The notes under the pieces are model-generated. The model had not been told where the DNA came from and did no database searches. It saw only the letters and a program-made list of their open reading frames with translations. From Rhodanobacteraceae bacterium (GTDB lineage: Bacteria; Pseudomonadota; Gammaproteobacteria; Xanthomonadales; SZUA-5), in contig JAYUUS010000020.1 in NCBI GenBank assembly GCA_043754435.1, positions 1 through 62,643 of the forward strand: DNA of 62,643 bases, in the 5' to 3' direction. Every line of letters starts with the position of its first letter. The stretch's first letter is position 1. This document shows positions 37,103 to 49,378 of the stretch, piece by piece. Position numbers and translations under genes: made by a program.

Positions 37103-38650
37103 ATGCAAGCCAGCCTGAATCCCTCTGAGATCAGCGATTTAATTCGTTCGCGAATTGATAACTTCAAAACCACTTCTGAAGCCCGCAACGAAGGCACGGT
37201 AACATCCGTATCCGACGGTATTGCGCGCGTGCACGGCTTGGCCGACGCCATGCAGGGCGAAATGATCGAATTCCCGGGCAACACCTTCGGCCTCGCGCTG
37301 AATTTGGAGCGCGATTCGGTTGGCGCCGTGATCTTGGGTGCGTACGAGCAAATCAAAGAAGGCGACGTTTGCAAAACTACCGGTCGCATTCTGGAAGTGC
37401 CAGTTGGTGTTGAGCTGCTTGGCCGCGTGGTAAACGCGCTGGGTGAGCCTATCGACGGCAAAGGCCCGATTGGCGCTAAGCTCAACAGCCCAATTGAACG
37501 CGTCGCACCCGGCGTGCTCTGGCGTAAGTCGGTAGACCAACCCGTGCAAACCGGCTTTAAGGCACTCGATGCAATGGTGCCAGTGGGTCGCGGTCAACGC
37601 GAGCTGATTATCGGCGACCGTCAAACCGGCAAAACTGCGGTTGCGATTGACGCCATCATCAATCAAAAAAGCACCGGTATCAAATGTATCTATGTCGCGA
37701 TTGGGCAAAAACGCAGCTCGATTTCCAACGTGGTGCGCAAGTTAGAAGAGCACGGTGCATTAGCACACACGATTATTGTGGTTGCTTCCGCGTCTGAATC
37801 CGCCGCAATGCAATATATCGCGCCCTATTCTGGCTGCGCGATGGGCGAATACTTCATGGACCGCGGTCAAGATGCGCTGATCGTGTATGACGATTTGTCG
37901 AAGCACGCGGTGGCCTACCGTCAAATTTCGCTATTGCTGCGTCGTCCGCCCGGTCGTGAAGCGTATCCAGGCGACGTGTTCTATCTCCACAGCCGCTTGT
38001 TAGAGCGCGCCGCGCGCGTCAACGCTGATTACGTTGAAAAGTTCACCAACGGCGAAGTCAAGGGCCAAACTGGTTCATTGACCGCACTGCCCGTGATCGA
38101 AACCCAAGCGGGTGACGTTTCCGCGTTCGTGCCAACCAACGTGATCTCGATTACCGACGGCCAGATCTTTTTGGAAACCGATTTATTCAACGCTGGTATC
38201 CGCCCTGCAATTAACGCCGGTATTTCGGTATCGCGCGTCGGTGGCGCAGCGCAAACCAAGGCGATCAAAAAACTTGGCGGCGGCGTGCGCTTGGTGTTGG
38301 CGCAATATCGTGAGCTCGCGGCATTCGCACAGTTCGCATCCGATTTGGACGAAACCACGCGTAAGCAGCTGGAACGCGGCCAACGCGTAACCGAATTAAT
38401 GAAGCAAAAGCAATATTCGCCATTGTCCGTCGCTGAAATTGCGCTGTCGCTGTACGCCGCGAATGAAGGCTATTTGGACAACCTACCGTTGAACAAAATT
38501 CTGCCGTTTGAAGCGGGCATGCATCAGTTTTTCCGTAATTCGTACAAAGATTTGATGGCAGCAATGGACAAATCGGGCGACTGGGATAAAGAGATCGAAG
38601 GCAAATTCCAAGCCGGGATCACTGAGTTCAAGAAAACCGGTAGCTACTAA
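37103..38650 (+). CDS. atpA: F0F1 ATP synthase subunit alpha
   Basis: GDRQTGKT Walker A. 515 aa, highly conserved throughout. Confidence 0.97.
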   Translation: MQASLNPSEISDLIRSRIDNFKTTSEARNEGTVTSVSDGIARVHGLADAMQGEMIEFPGNTFGLALNLERDSVGAVILGAYEQIKEGDVCKTTGRILEVPVGVELLGRVVNALGEPIDGKGPIGAKLNSPIERVAPGVLWRKSVDQPVQTGFKALDAMVPVGRGQRELIIGDRQTGKTAVAIDAIINQKSTGIKCIYVAIGQKRSSISNVVRKLEEHGALAHTIIVVASASESAAMQYIAPYSGCAMGEYFMDRGQDALIVYDDLSKHAVAYRQISLLLRRPPGREAYPGDVFYLHSRLLERAARVNADYVEKFTNGEVKGQTGSLTALPVIETQAGDVSAFVPTNVISITDGQIFLETDLFNAGIRPAINAGISVSRVGGAAQTKAIKKLGGGVRLVLAQYRELAAFAQFASDLDETTRKQLERGQRVTELMKQKQYSPLSVAEIALSLYAANEGYLDNLPLNKILPFEAGMHQFFRNSYKDLMAAMDKSGDWDKEIEGKFQAGITEFKKTGSY

Positions 38651-38696
38651 GCTTTCAAGCTTTGAAGCGTTTGTTGATTAGTTAAGGCGAAACCAG

Positions 38697-39557
38697 ATGG
38701 CCGGCGGCAGAGAAATTAAAACCAAAATCAAGAGCGTGCAAAACACCCGCAAGGTGACGCGCGCGCTTGAAATGGTCAGCGCAAGCAAAATTCGTAAAGC
38801 GCAAGAGCAAATGCGCCAGTCGCGCCCGTATGTGCAGGCGATGCGCACCATCATTGGGCACTTGGCGCTTGCGCAAAGCGACTATAAACACCCGTTTTTA
38901 GCGGAACGTCCGGTCAAACGCGTTGGCTTTTTAGTGGTGTCCTCAGATCGCGGTTTGTGCGGCGGCTTGAACTCAAATCAGTTCAAGTTGCTCTTAGGCG
39001 AAATGCGTAAATTCCAGGAAGCGGGCTGCGAAATTGACGTGGTCTGCGTCGGCAACAAAGCGTCTGCATTTTTCCGTCGCTTAAAAGTCAATATGATCGC
39101 CGCGCAATCGGGCTTGGGCGACAAGCCACAGCTGGCTAAGCTTGTTGGCACCATCAAAATTATGTTGGACGCCTACAGCGAAGGCAAAATTGACCGTTTA
39201 TTCATTAGCTACAACGATTTTGTTAACACCATGTCGCAGCAGGCCAAGGTCGATCAATTGCTGCCACTGCTAACGTCTGATCGCTTGCACACCCGCCACG
39301 CCTGGGATTATTTGTACGAGCCTGATGCCAAGACGGTGTTGGATCACACGTTGACCCGCTACGTCGAATCGCTGGCGTTTCAAGCGGTTTTGGAAAATTT
39401 AGCTTCCGAACACGCGGCGCGCATGGTGGCGATGAAGTCCGCTAGCGACAACGCGGGCAGCCTGATTCAAACGCTGACCTTGATCTATAACAAGGCGCGT
39501 CAGGCCGCGATTACCCAAGAAATTTCAGAAATCGTTGGCGGCGCAGCAGCGGTCTAA
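38697..39557 (+). CDS. atpG: F0F1 ATP synthase subunit gamma
   Basis: [32 protein letters not shown]-terminus and ..[16 protein letters not shown]-terminus. Confidence 0.95.
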   Translation: MAGGREIKTKIKSVQNTRKVTRALEMVSASKIRKAQEQMRQSRPYVQAMRTIIGHLALAQSDYKHPFLAERPVKRVGFLVVSSDRGLCGGLNSNQFKLLLGEMRKFQEAGCEIDVVCVGNKASAFFRRLKVNMIAAQSGLGDKPQLAKLVGTIKIMLDAYSEGKIDRLFISYNDFVNTMSQQAKVDQLLPLLTSDRLHTRHAWDYLYEPDAKTVLDHTLTRYVESLAFQAVLENLASEHAARMVAMKSASDNAGSLIQTLTLIYNKARQAAITQEISEIVGGAAAV

Positions 39558-39604
39558 TCGCACACCGATTTAGTTCACACCTCTTTAGTCCACACCCATT
39601 TTAA

Positions 39605-41065
<1,461 letters not shown>

Positions 41066-41241
41066 GCTACGGCGCAGGCCGCTCGCTGCGTTGAGCCTGC
41101 GCTTGGACCCCAGTCACTCACTACAGTGAGCTCCTGGGGCTTCGCGCTGGTCTCGCCTTGCGATCAGCCTTGCTCGTGACGCTTATTTCTTCGTCGTAAT
41201 TGTTAGAAAAACAGAACTAAACATCGCTGATCGGGATATCC

Positions 41242-41664
41242 ATGGCCACCATTCAATGCAATATCGTTTCTGCAGAACGCGAGATTTTTTCGGGTTTAGC
41301 AACTATGGTCGTCGTCAGTGGCGAAATGGGTGAATTGGGCATAGCACCCCATCACGCGCCGCTGATTACGCGTATTAAGCCTGGTCAAGTGCGTGTGCTG
41401 AATGGCGATTCTGAGGAGCAACACTTTTACGTGTCGGGCGGTATTTTGGAAGTGCAGCCGGACTTGATCACGATACTTGCCGATACCGCGCTGCGTGCTG
41501 CGGATATTGACGAAAGTAAAGCGCTAGAAGCGAAAGCGGAAGCCGAACGTCTTCTGGCTGGACGCGATGCCTCAATGGAAATTGCCGCTGCTCAGCAGCA
41601 GTTGATGCAGGCCGTGGCGCAATTGCAGGCCCTGGAGCGATTGCGCAAGAATTTGAAGCATTAA
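41242..41664 (+). CDS. atpC: F0F1 ATP synthase subunit epsilon
   Basis: 140 aa. ..[11 protein letters not shown]... and a C-terminal helical hairpin. It is the last gene of the operon. Confidence 0.9.
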   Translation: MATIQCNIVSAEREIFSGLATMVVVSGEMGELGIAPHHAPLITRIKPGQVRVLNGDSEEQHFYVSGGILEVQPDLITILADTALRAADIDESKALEAKAEAERLLAGRDASMEIAAAQQQLMQAVAQLQALERLRKNLKH

Positions 41665-41686
41665 GTTAGCGCCATTGCGAATCTCC

Positions 41687-41719
41687 AAAAAACCTCGCCA
41701 AAAGCGAGGTTTTTGTTTT
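41687..41719 (+). terminator. Rho-independent terminator of the atp operon
   Basis: aaaaaacctcgcc-aaaa-gcgaggtttttgtttt: stem aacctcgc/gcgaggtt followed by a T-run. Confidence 0.85.
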
Positions 41720-41847
41720 CTGGAATAGGGCAGGAAGCAAACGAACGCGCGCAGCTGCATAGCTTTTTTTCTTTTTTTTGCGGCTAAACTGGGTGCATGC
41801 CGAAATCACCCCAACCGGGAATTGCAGCCCACAATGTTAGGCAAACG

Positions 41848-43155
41848 ATGATCAGTCGCACCGAATTTCAACGCCGCCGCAAGCTTTTGATGGCCTTGGC
41901 ACAGGCACCTGCAGCCATTATTGTGCCCGCCGCCCCCGCGCGGGTGCGCAGCGTTGATGCCTTTTACGCTTACCGCCAAGACAGTGATTTGGCATATTTG
42001 ACCGGGTTCGAAGAGCCTGACGCAGTACTGGTGTTGATTCCAGGACGGGCAGCGGCGCAAAGCATTCTATTTTGCCGTGAGCGCTCCGCTGAACGCGAAC
42101 GCTGGAATGGCGAAGTAATCGGGCCGGAGCGTGCGCCTGCGCTGTTGGGTGTGGATGATGCGTTTCCAATTGAAGATATCGACGATATTTTGCCAAACTT
42201 GATTGATGGCCGCGAACGCGTCTACTACCACTTTGGACGCGACGCCGAGTTCGATTTGAAAGTGTTGAGCTGGATTAATCGCTTACGCGCGCAAAAACCG
42301 CGTGGCGCACGCGCCCCGGAAAGCATTATCGCGCTGGGGCATTTATTAGGCGATTTACGCCTGTTTAAAAGCAAGGGCGAGCTGAAGTTAATGCGCCAAG
42401 CGGTCGCGATTTCCGCGCTCGCGCATCAGCAAGTCATGCGCACCGCGCGCCCAGGTTTGAGTGAAAATCAAATCGAAGCAGAAATAATGTATATCTTTCG
42501 CTCGCACAACGCCGTTGCTGCGTATGAACCGACGGTTGCAGCTGGCAGAAATGCCTGCACGCTGCACTATCGCGGCAATAAAAGCCCCTTGATTGCGGGC
42601 GAATTATTGCTAGTCGATGCCGGCTGCGAAGTTTCCTGCTACGCCTCCGACATTACCCGAACCATGCCGATTTCCGGCCGGTTCAGCACAGCCCAACGCG
42701 ATCTTTATCAAGTCGTTTTAAGCGCACAAGAAGCCGGCATTGCCGCCGCCAAAATGGGCAATGCTTGGCGCAACATTCACGACGCCGCGTTGCGTGAAAT
42801 AGTGCGCGGTTTGATTGCGCTAAAGCTGCTGCGGGGCAATTTAGATAAAGCCATTGCCAGCGGCAGCTATAAAACCTATTTCCCACATAAAACCGGGCAT
42901 TGGTTAGGTTTAGACGTACACGATGTGGGGGATTACCATATTGAAGGCAGCTCCAGAATTTTGGAATCTGGCATGGTGTTAACGGTCGAACCGGGTATAT
43001 ACATTGCACACGATGATACAAAAGCCAGCAAAGCCCTGCGCGGGCAGGCGGTGCGCATTGAAGACGAAGTAGCGATAACGCCGCTGGGGCCACAGCTTTT
43101 GACAGGCGCCGTGCCGCGCTCGGCTGAGGCGATTGAAGGATTTATGCGAGGGTAA
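41848..43155 (+). CDS. pepP: Xaa-Pro aminopeptidase
   Basis: MISRTEFQRRRKLLMA N-terminus and M24 metal ligands (..LVDAGCE..YASDITRT.., HKTGHWLGLDVHD, ..LTVEPG..). The start is set at ATG 41848. Confidence 0.88.
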   Translation: MISRTEFQRRRKLLMALAQAPAAIIVPAAPARVRSVDAFYAYRQDSDLAYLTGFEEPDAVLVLIPGRAAAQSILFCRERSAERERWNGEVIGPERAPALLGVDDAFPIEDIDDILPNLIDGRERVYYHFGRDAEFDLKVLSWINRLRAQKPRGARAPESIIALGHLLGDLRLFKSKGELKLMRQAVAISALAHQQVMRTARPGLSENQIEAEIMYIFRSHNAVAAYEPTVAAGRNACTLHYRGNKSPLIAGELLLVDAGCEVSCYASDITRTMPISGRFSTAQRDLYQVVLSAQEAGIAAAKMGNAWRNIHDAALREIVRGLIALKLLRGNLDKAIASGSYKTYFPHKTGHWLGLDVHDVGDYHIEGSSRILESGMVLTVEPGIYIAHDDTKASKALRGQAVRIEDEVAITPLGPQLLTGAVPRSAEAIEGFMRG

Positions 43156-43162
43156 GGCCCGA

Positions 43163-43219
43163 GTGTTCCACGTGGAACACCCCGACCGCAATGTTCCACG
43201 TGGAACCCCCCGACTGCCA
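43163..43219. repeat. Two tandem 28-bp units, each carrying the palindrome GTTCCACGTGGAAC
   Basis: The palindromes lie at 43165-43178 and 43193-43206, between the convergent 3' ends of pepP and gyrB. Confidence 0.9.
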
Positions 43220-43233
43220 AATCCAACCCGCAA

Positions 43234-45789
<2,556 letters not shown>

Positions 45790-46018
45790 TCAATTGAATG
45801 AAATCACCTTCATTGTTTGACTTTTAGAGTATAGCGCGTGCGGGGTTAAGGCGCAGCGCAAGATAGGGCGAGCTATGCGTCACCTCAGATAAATCTGAGC
45901 TTGAGTTCCGACTGCCCTGAGTTCGCCAATGTTTGTGGCGGCTTAAAGTTTCTCTACCCCGTCAACTGCGGCGGGTAGCTTGAAACACATACGCCAAACT
46001 CAAACTTAAGGAAAACCC

Positions 46019-46324
46019 ATGAACGCATTCAATCGCATTTTAGCCGCCCTCGCTGTTGCCGCACTCACCCTCAGCCACGGCGCCTTCGCTGGCAAACCCG
46101 TCAACATTAATGCGGCAAGCGCCAGCGAACTCGCCGACTCACTCGACGGCATCGGCGACGCTAAGGCGCAAGCCATCGTTGCCTATCGCACCGCGCACGG
46201 TGCGTTTAAATCCGCCGACGCGCTAGTCGAAGTGAAAGGGATTGGCCTAAAAACCGTCGAAAAGAATTCCGCGTTTATTAAGTTGGGTGCGGTTGCACCA
46301 GCGCCAGCGGTTGCGGAGAAGTAA
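46019..46324 (+). CDS. comEA: ComEA-family helix-hairpin-helix DNA-binding protein (periplasmic DNA receptor)
   Basis: 101 aa with a signal peptide, then NINAASASELA..LDGIGDAKAQAIVAYR...F.S.DALVEVKGIGLKTVEKN. Confidence 0.8.
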   Translation: MNAFNRILAALAVAALTLSHGAFAGKPVNINAASASELADSLDGIGDAKAQAIVAYRTAHGAFKSADALVEVKGIGLKTVEKNSAFIKLGAVAPAPAVAEK

Positions 46325-46374
46325 AGGTCGTGCTGAGCGAAATGATGGCGCGGCGATGGGCCATCATTTGGTTG

Positions 46375-46388
46375 GTTCCACGTGGAAC
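46375..46388. repeat. GTTCCACGTGGAAC palindrome copy
   Basis: Perfect 14-mer. A 10-bp-stem hairpin (46340-46369) precedes it and MITE copy B follows it. Confidence 0.9.
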
Positions 46389-46396
46389 AAAGAACC

Positions 46397-46470
46397 TCGT
46401 CTTTGCGAGCGCAGCGAAGCAATCTAGCTTTAAACGACGAGATTGCTTCTCTGCGTTCGCAAAGACGAAT
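46397..46470. repeat. MITE/REP-like palindromic element, copy B
   Basis: tcgtctttgcgagcgcagcgaagcaatct ... agattgcttctctgcgttcgcaaagacga. The arms match copy A at 8968-9050. Confidence 0.85.
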
Positions 46471-46532
46471 CTTAGGCAGTTCATGGAGAGCCTGTCGAAG
46501 AACAGAGCCGAATCATTACTAACGCAGCGCTG

Positions 46533-46589
46533 TCACGTCACGCCACGCCACGCACTATCGCTTAAATTATTGGAGTTAATGGCAATCAC
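46533..46589 (-). pseudogene. Possible 5' remnant of a vapC (PIN) toxin gene
   Basis: GTG overlaps the vapB TGA (GTGA). The frame reads VIAINSNNLSDSAWRGVT-stop, which resembles a decayed PIN N-terminus (MIxLDTNVL..). Confidence 0.3.
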
Positions 46590-46825
46590 CGCCCCTTTGC
46601 CTCTGTTAAAACCGCACTCAGCCCACCTGCACGCTGCGCATCTTCTGTGAGCCACCCTTGACCGCCAAAAACAGGGGTGAATTGGTAGTTGTTCGGTGTC
46701 GAACGTTTCTCAATTGCTAAGCGCAACCCCTCCTCGACAAGCGCTTTGAAGATTATGGAGTCGCGGCTCTGAATAATTTTTGAGCGCGCTATTAAATCGT
46801 CAGAGATCGCTAAAGTTGTTTTCAC
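46586..46825 (-). CDS. vapB: VapB-type antitoxin (DUF2191-like)
   Basis: 79 aa. MKTTLAISDDLIARSK is the characteristic MRTTLDIDDxL-type N-terminus. Confidence 0.65.
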   Translation of the reverse strand: MKTTLAISDDLIARSKIIQSRDSIIFKALVEEGLRLAIEKRSTPNNYQFTPVFGGQGWLTEDAQRAGGLSAVLTEAKGR

Positions 46826-46905
46826 ATGGTTTACCCAGAACCGATAGTGTGACCAACCATATCACACGACCATAATTCCTCGAAAACATGACGTGACGCA
46901 CGGTC

Positions 46906-46955
46906 GTTCCACGTGGAACAAAGCTAAGGCCTAAGCCATTGGTTCCACGTGAAAC
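46906..46955. repeat. Two further copies of the GTTCCACGTGGAAC palindrome
   Basis: 46906-46919 is perfect. 46942-46955 reads gttccacgtgaaac (one mismatch). They lie between the vapB 5' end and the AIM24 operon 3' end. Confidence 0.85.
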
Positions 46956-46998
46956 ATTCAATTCACTAGCTAATCCGTTTCCCAGCTTCCCAAACCTT

Positions 46999-47730
46999 TC
47001 AGTTGCGCGAATTCTGTGAAATTGCGCCACTGACGGTGCTCAATTCACTGCGGCTGAGGAACGGCAGTTGCGAAATAATCTGTTCCAGTATCGATCCGGT
47101 TTTCAAACCCAACTCTGACGATTGAATCAGCACTGTGCCTTGACCGGTAAAATCAATCTGCTTTTCCTCACCTGAAAGCGTGATGCCGGTTACCGCGCCC
47201 ACCATGGACATCACACCCGCAACGTGCTCGTAATCATAACGATAGGATGGGCTTGGGCAATCCGCCCAGCCAAGCACCGCTTGCTCGTCGACTCGGCAAG
47301 GTAATTCCAAAAAATGTACCGGGCCATTACTGGAGACAATGATTTTGCCGTTGCCAAGCATCGTTAAATAGCCGGGCAAGGTCGATTCTTGGCAGATAAC
47401 ATCCTTGGTAAAGCCAAGCAGATTGCCAGCTTTTACCGTCATATTGGCGTTGTCCAGATCGTAACACCCGATGTCATTGCCGTTATCCCCCAAAATCAGC
47501 TGACCGTGGCCTTTAGCTACAACAAAATGGTGGATATAAGCGGGCGCGTTAAAGGTGTTTTTGATGAGGATATCCAACAGGCTGGAGCCCATCGACTCAA
47601 ACTCCAATTCGCCGTAGAAGGCAATCATTTTGCCTTTTCGAATAAAGATTTCTTCATGCACATCGACAACAAAAGCAAACCGGTTCAAGTTATCGTTTTT
47701 TGGCAGGTTGATAGGGTTATAGATAATCAT
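46999..47730 (-). CDS. AIM24/DUF124-family protein, divergent third paralogue
   Basis: 243 aa. GKMIAFYGELEFE... and ..IDFTGQGTVLIQSSE align with the two upstream paralogues. It has an extra C-terminal tail. Confidence 0.6.
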   Translation of the reverse strand: MIIYNPINLPKNDNLNRFAFVVDVHEEIFIRKGKMIAFYGELEFESMGSSLLDILIKNTFNAPAYIHHFVVAKGHGQLILGDNGNDIGCYDLDNANMTVKAGNLLGFTKDVICQESTLPGYLTMLGNGKIIVSSNGPVHFLELPCRVDEQAVLGWADCPSPSYRYDYEHVAGVMSMVGAVTGITLSGEEKQIDFTGQGTVLIQSSELGLKTGSILEQIISQLPFLSRSELSTVSGAISQNSRN

Positions 47731-47732
47731 GA

Positions 47733-48374
47733 TTAGCGCTCGCTCGCTTGGATATACACCGTGCCCTGGCCCATGAATTTGACTTGGTAGGACTCCCCTG
47801 AGGCCTGGCCCACGAACGTTTTCCAGTTGAGGTCGGTTACGATTGTAGAGGTCAAATTGCCTTTATGGCCAAGGTAGGCATTCGGGTCAACAAACACCGG
47901 CTGTTCGGCGCTAACCTCTAGCCCAATGGCATTGCCATCGGAAAGCATTGCCAGTTCGCCGCTGCCCTGCAAAGTCGTGGTGAATAGCCCCTGGCCACTC
48001 ACGGCACCCCGCACCATGCTTTGCACGCCACCCTGATTGCCTAAAAACATCGTGCCAGTGCGTAGACGGCCATCGTAAGCCAGCAGGTTTTCGCTTTCGA
48101 CATACATGGTTTCATTGGCTAGACTGATTAGCTTGACGAATAGCCCGTTATAGCCGTAGAAAATCTTGCCCGTGCCGCGCGCTGACATGAGCGCGTTGCC
48201 TTCATTCGTCGCGGTGCGCATCGCAAAGTCGTTCACGTTACCACCGCCTAGAAAGGAGCGAGCAAAATTGACGTTACCCTGATAGGCAATCATCGAGCCT
48301 CTTTTGGCAAAAAGCTCCTCATTGTTTAGCGTCACTTCGATGAGCTTTTCATTGAGTTGATTATAGGAAGGCAT
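47733..48374 (-). CDS. AIM24/DUF124-family protein, second paralogue
   Basis: 213 aa from the ATG at 48374 (GGAG upstream). GSMIAYQGNVNF..., SGQGLFTTTLQGSGELAML and GQASGESYQVKFMGQGTVYIQASER. Confidence 0.7.
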   Translation of the reverse strand: MPSYNQLNEKLIEVTLNNEELFAKRGSMIAYQGNVNFARSFLGGGNVNDFAMRTATNEGNALMSARGTGKIFYGYNGLFVKLISLANETMYVESENLLAYDGRLRTGTMFLGNQGGVQSMVRGAVSGQGLFTTTLQGSGELAMLSDGNAIGLEVSAEQPVFVDPNAYLGHKGNLTSTIVTDLNWKTFVGQASGESYQVKFMGQGTVYIQASER

Positions 48375-48384
48375 CGCTTGCTCC

Positions 48385-49035
48385 TTAGCGTTCGGCGGGC
48401 TGGATATAAACCAGCCCTTGGCCGGTAAATTTAAGTTGATAGGACTCGCCGGATGCTTGCCCAACCATGGTGCGCCAATTCACATCAAAGATGAATTCCT
48501 GCTGGATATTGCCTTTGTAGCCAATGAAAGCATCGGGATCAACAAATAACGGGTATTTAGGACTGACTTCCAGCGTGATCAAATTGCCGCGCGAGATCAC
48601 CGCGATATTGCCCGTTCCTTCTACCGTTGAGGTAAACAAACCCTGCCCAGATGTAGCACCCCGCAAACCAGCAAAGATGGTTTTAGTTTTGAGCGCGACG
48701 TCATATGCCAATAGGCTGCTGCTTTCAATGAATAATTTTTCTGCTGCCAGCGGAATCACCGCTATTTCAGCCGCGTTCTGCGCGAAATAGACCGTGCCGG
48801 TGCCGGTGGTCTGCATCAAAGACATGCCTTCATTCGTCACTTTGCGTTTTAAGGCCCCGAAAAATCCTTCACCGCCCAATATAGACTTCTCAAATTTCAT
48901 GCTGCCGGTATAGGCGACCATGGAGCCTGCGATCGCCATCACCTTTTCGTTTTGCAGGCCAACCTCCAGCAAACGATCTGTATTGATCTTAAAACTGCTC
49001 ACGACTTTGCTCCGTAGTGTGTGGATCTTTGCCAA
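48385..49035 (-). CDS. AIM24/DUF124-family protein, first paralogue
   Basis: 216 aa. GSMVAYTGSMKFEKS.., SGQGLFTSTVEGTGNIAVIS and GQASGESYQLKFTGQGLVYIQPAER. Confidence 0.7.
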   Translation of the reverse strand: MAKIHTLRSKVVSSFKINTDRLLEVGLQNEKVMAIAGSMVAYTGSMKFEKSILGGEGFFGALKRKVTNEGMSLMQTTGTGTVYFAQNAAEIAVIPLAAEKLFIESSSLLAYDVALKTKTIFAGLRGATSGQGLFTSTVEGTGNIAVISRGNLITLEVSPKYPLFVDPDAFIGYKGNIQQEFIFDVNWRTMVGQASGESYQLKFTGQGLVYIQPAER

Positions 49036-49378
49036 CTGACCTATCCCAACCGGCGCTTATTCCAATTCTAAATCATTCGGCTAACTTCGTTGCCTCGATC
49101 CGGTCTTCTAGACGCACATATAGTGCGCCGTCGTCGATCCTCACATCGGCGCCTTGTTATCCTTCTGATTTAAAACCGGAATCTGATTTAAAACCGGAAT
49201 TACAACAACGCTGTGGAATACCAAAAGCAATCGTGGCACACAACACCATCAATTGTGCGCCTAGCGGGGTTTAGAAGAAAATTCAGATAATTCAGATGGC
49301 TCTGAACAATCAGTTCCTGCAACTCCATAAAGCGGAAATCATCATCGCAAAGGATTGCAATGTAATAACGCAATTCGC

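Noticed and set aside
37139-37708. Antisense ORFs of 100-190 aa inside atpA, atpD, gyrB, gcvP, pgk and other conserved genes
   Set aside because: They lie fully within strongly conserved genes on the opposite strand or in another frame. Their composition is Arg/Ala/Pro-biased, as is typical of non-coding frames.
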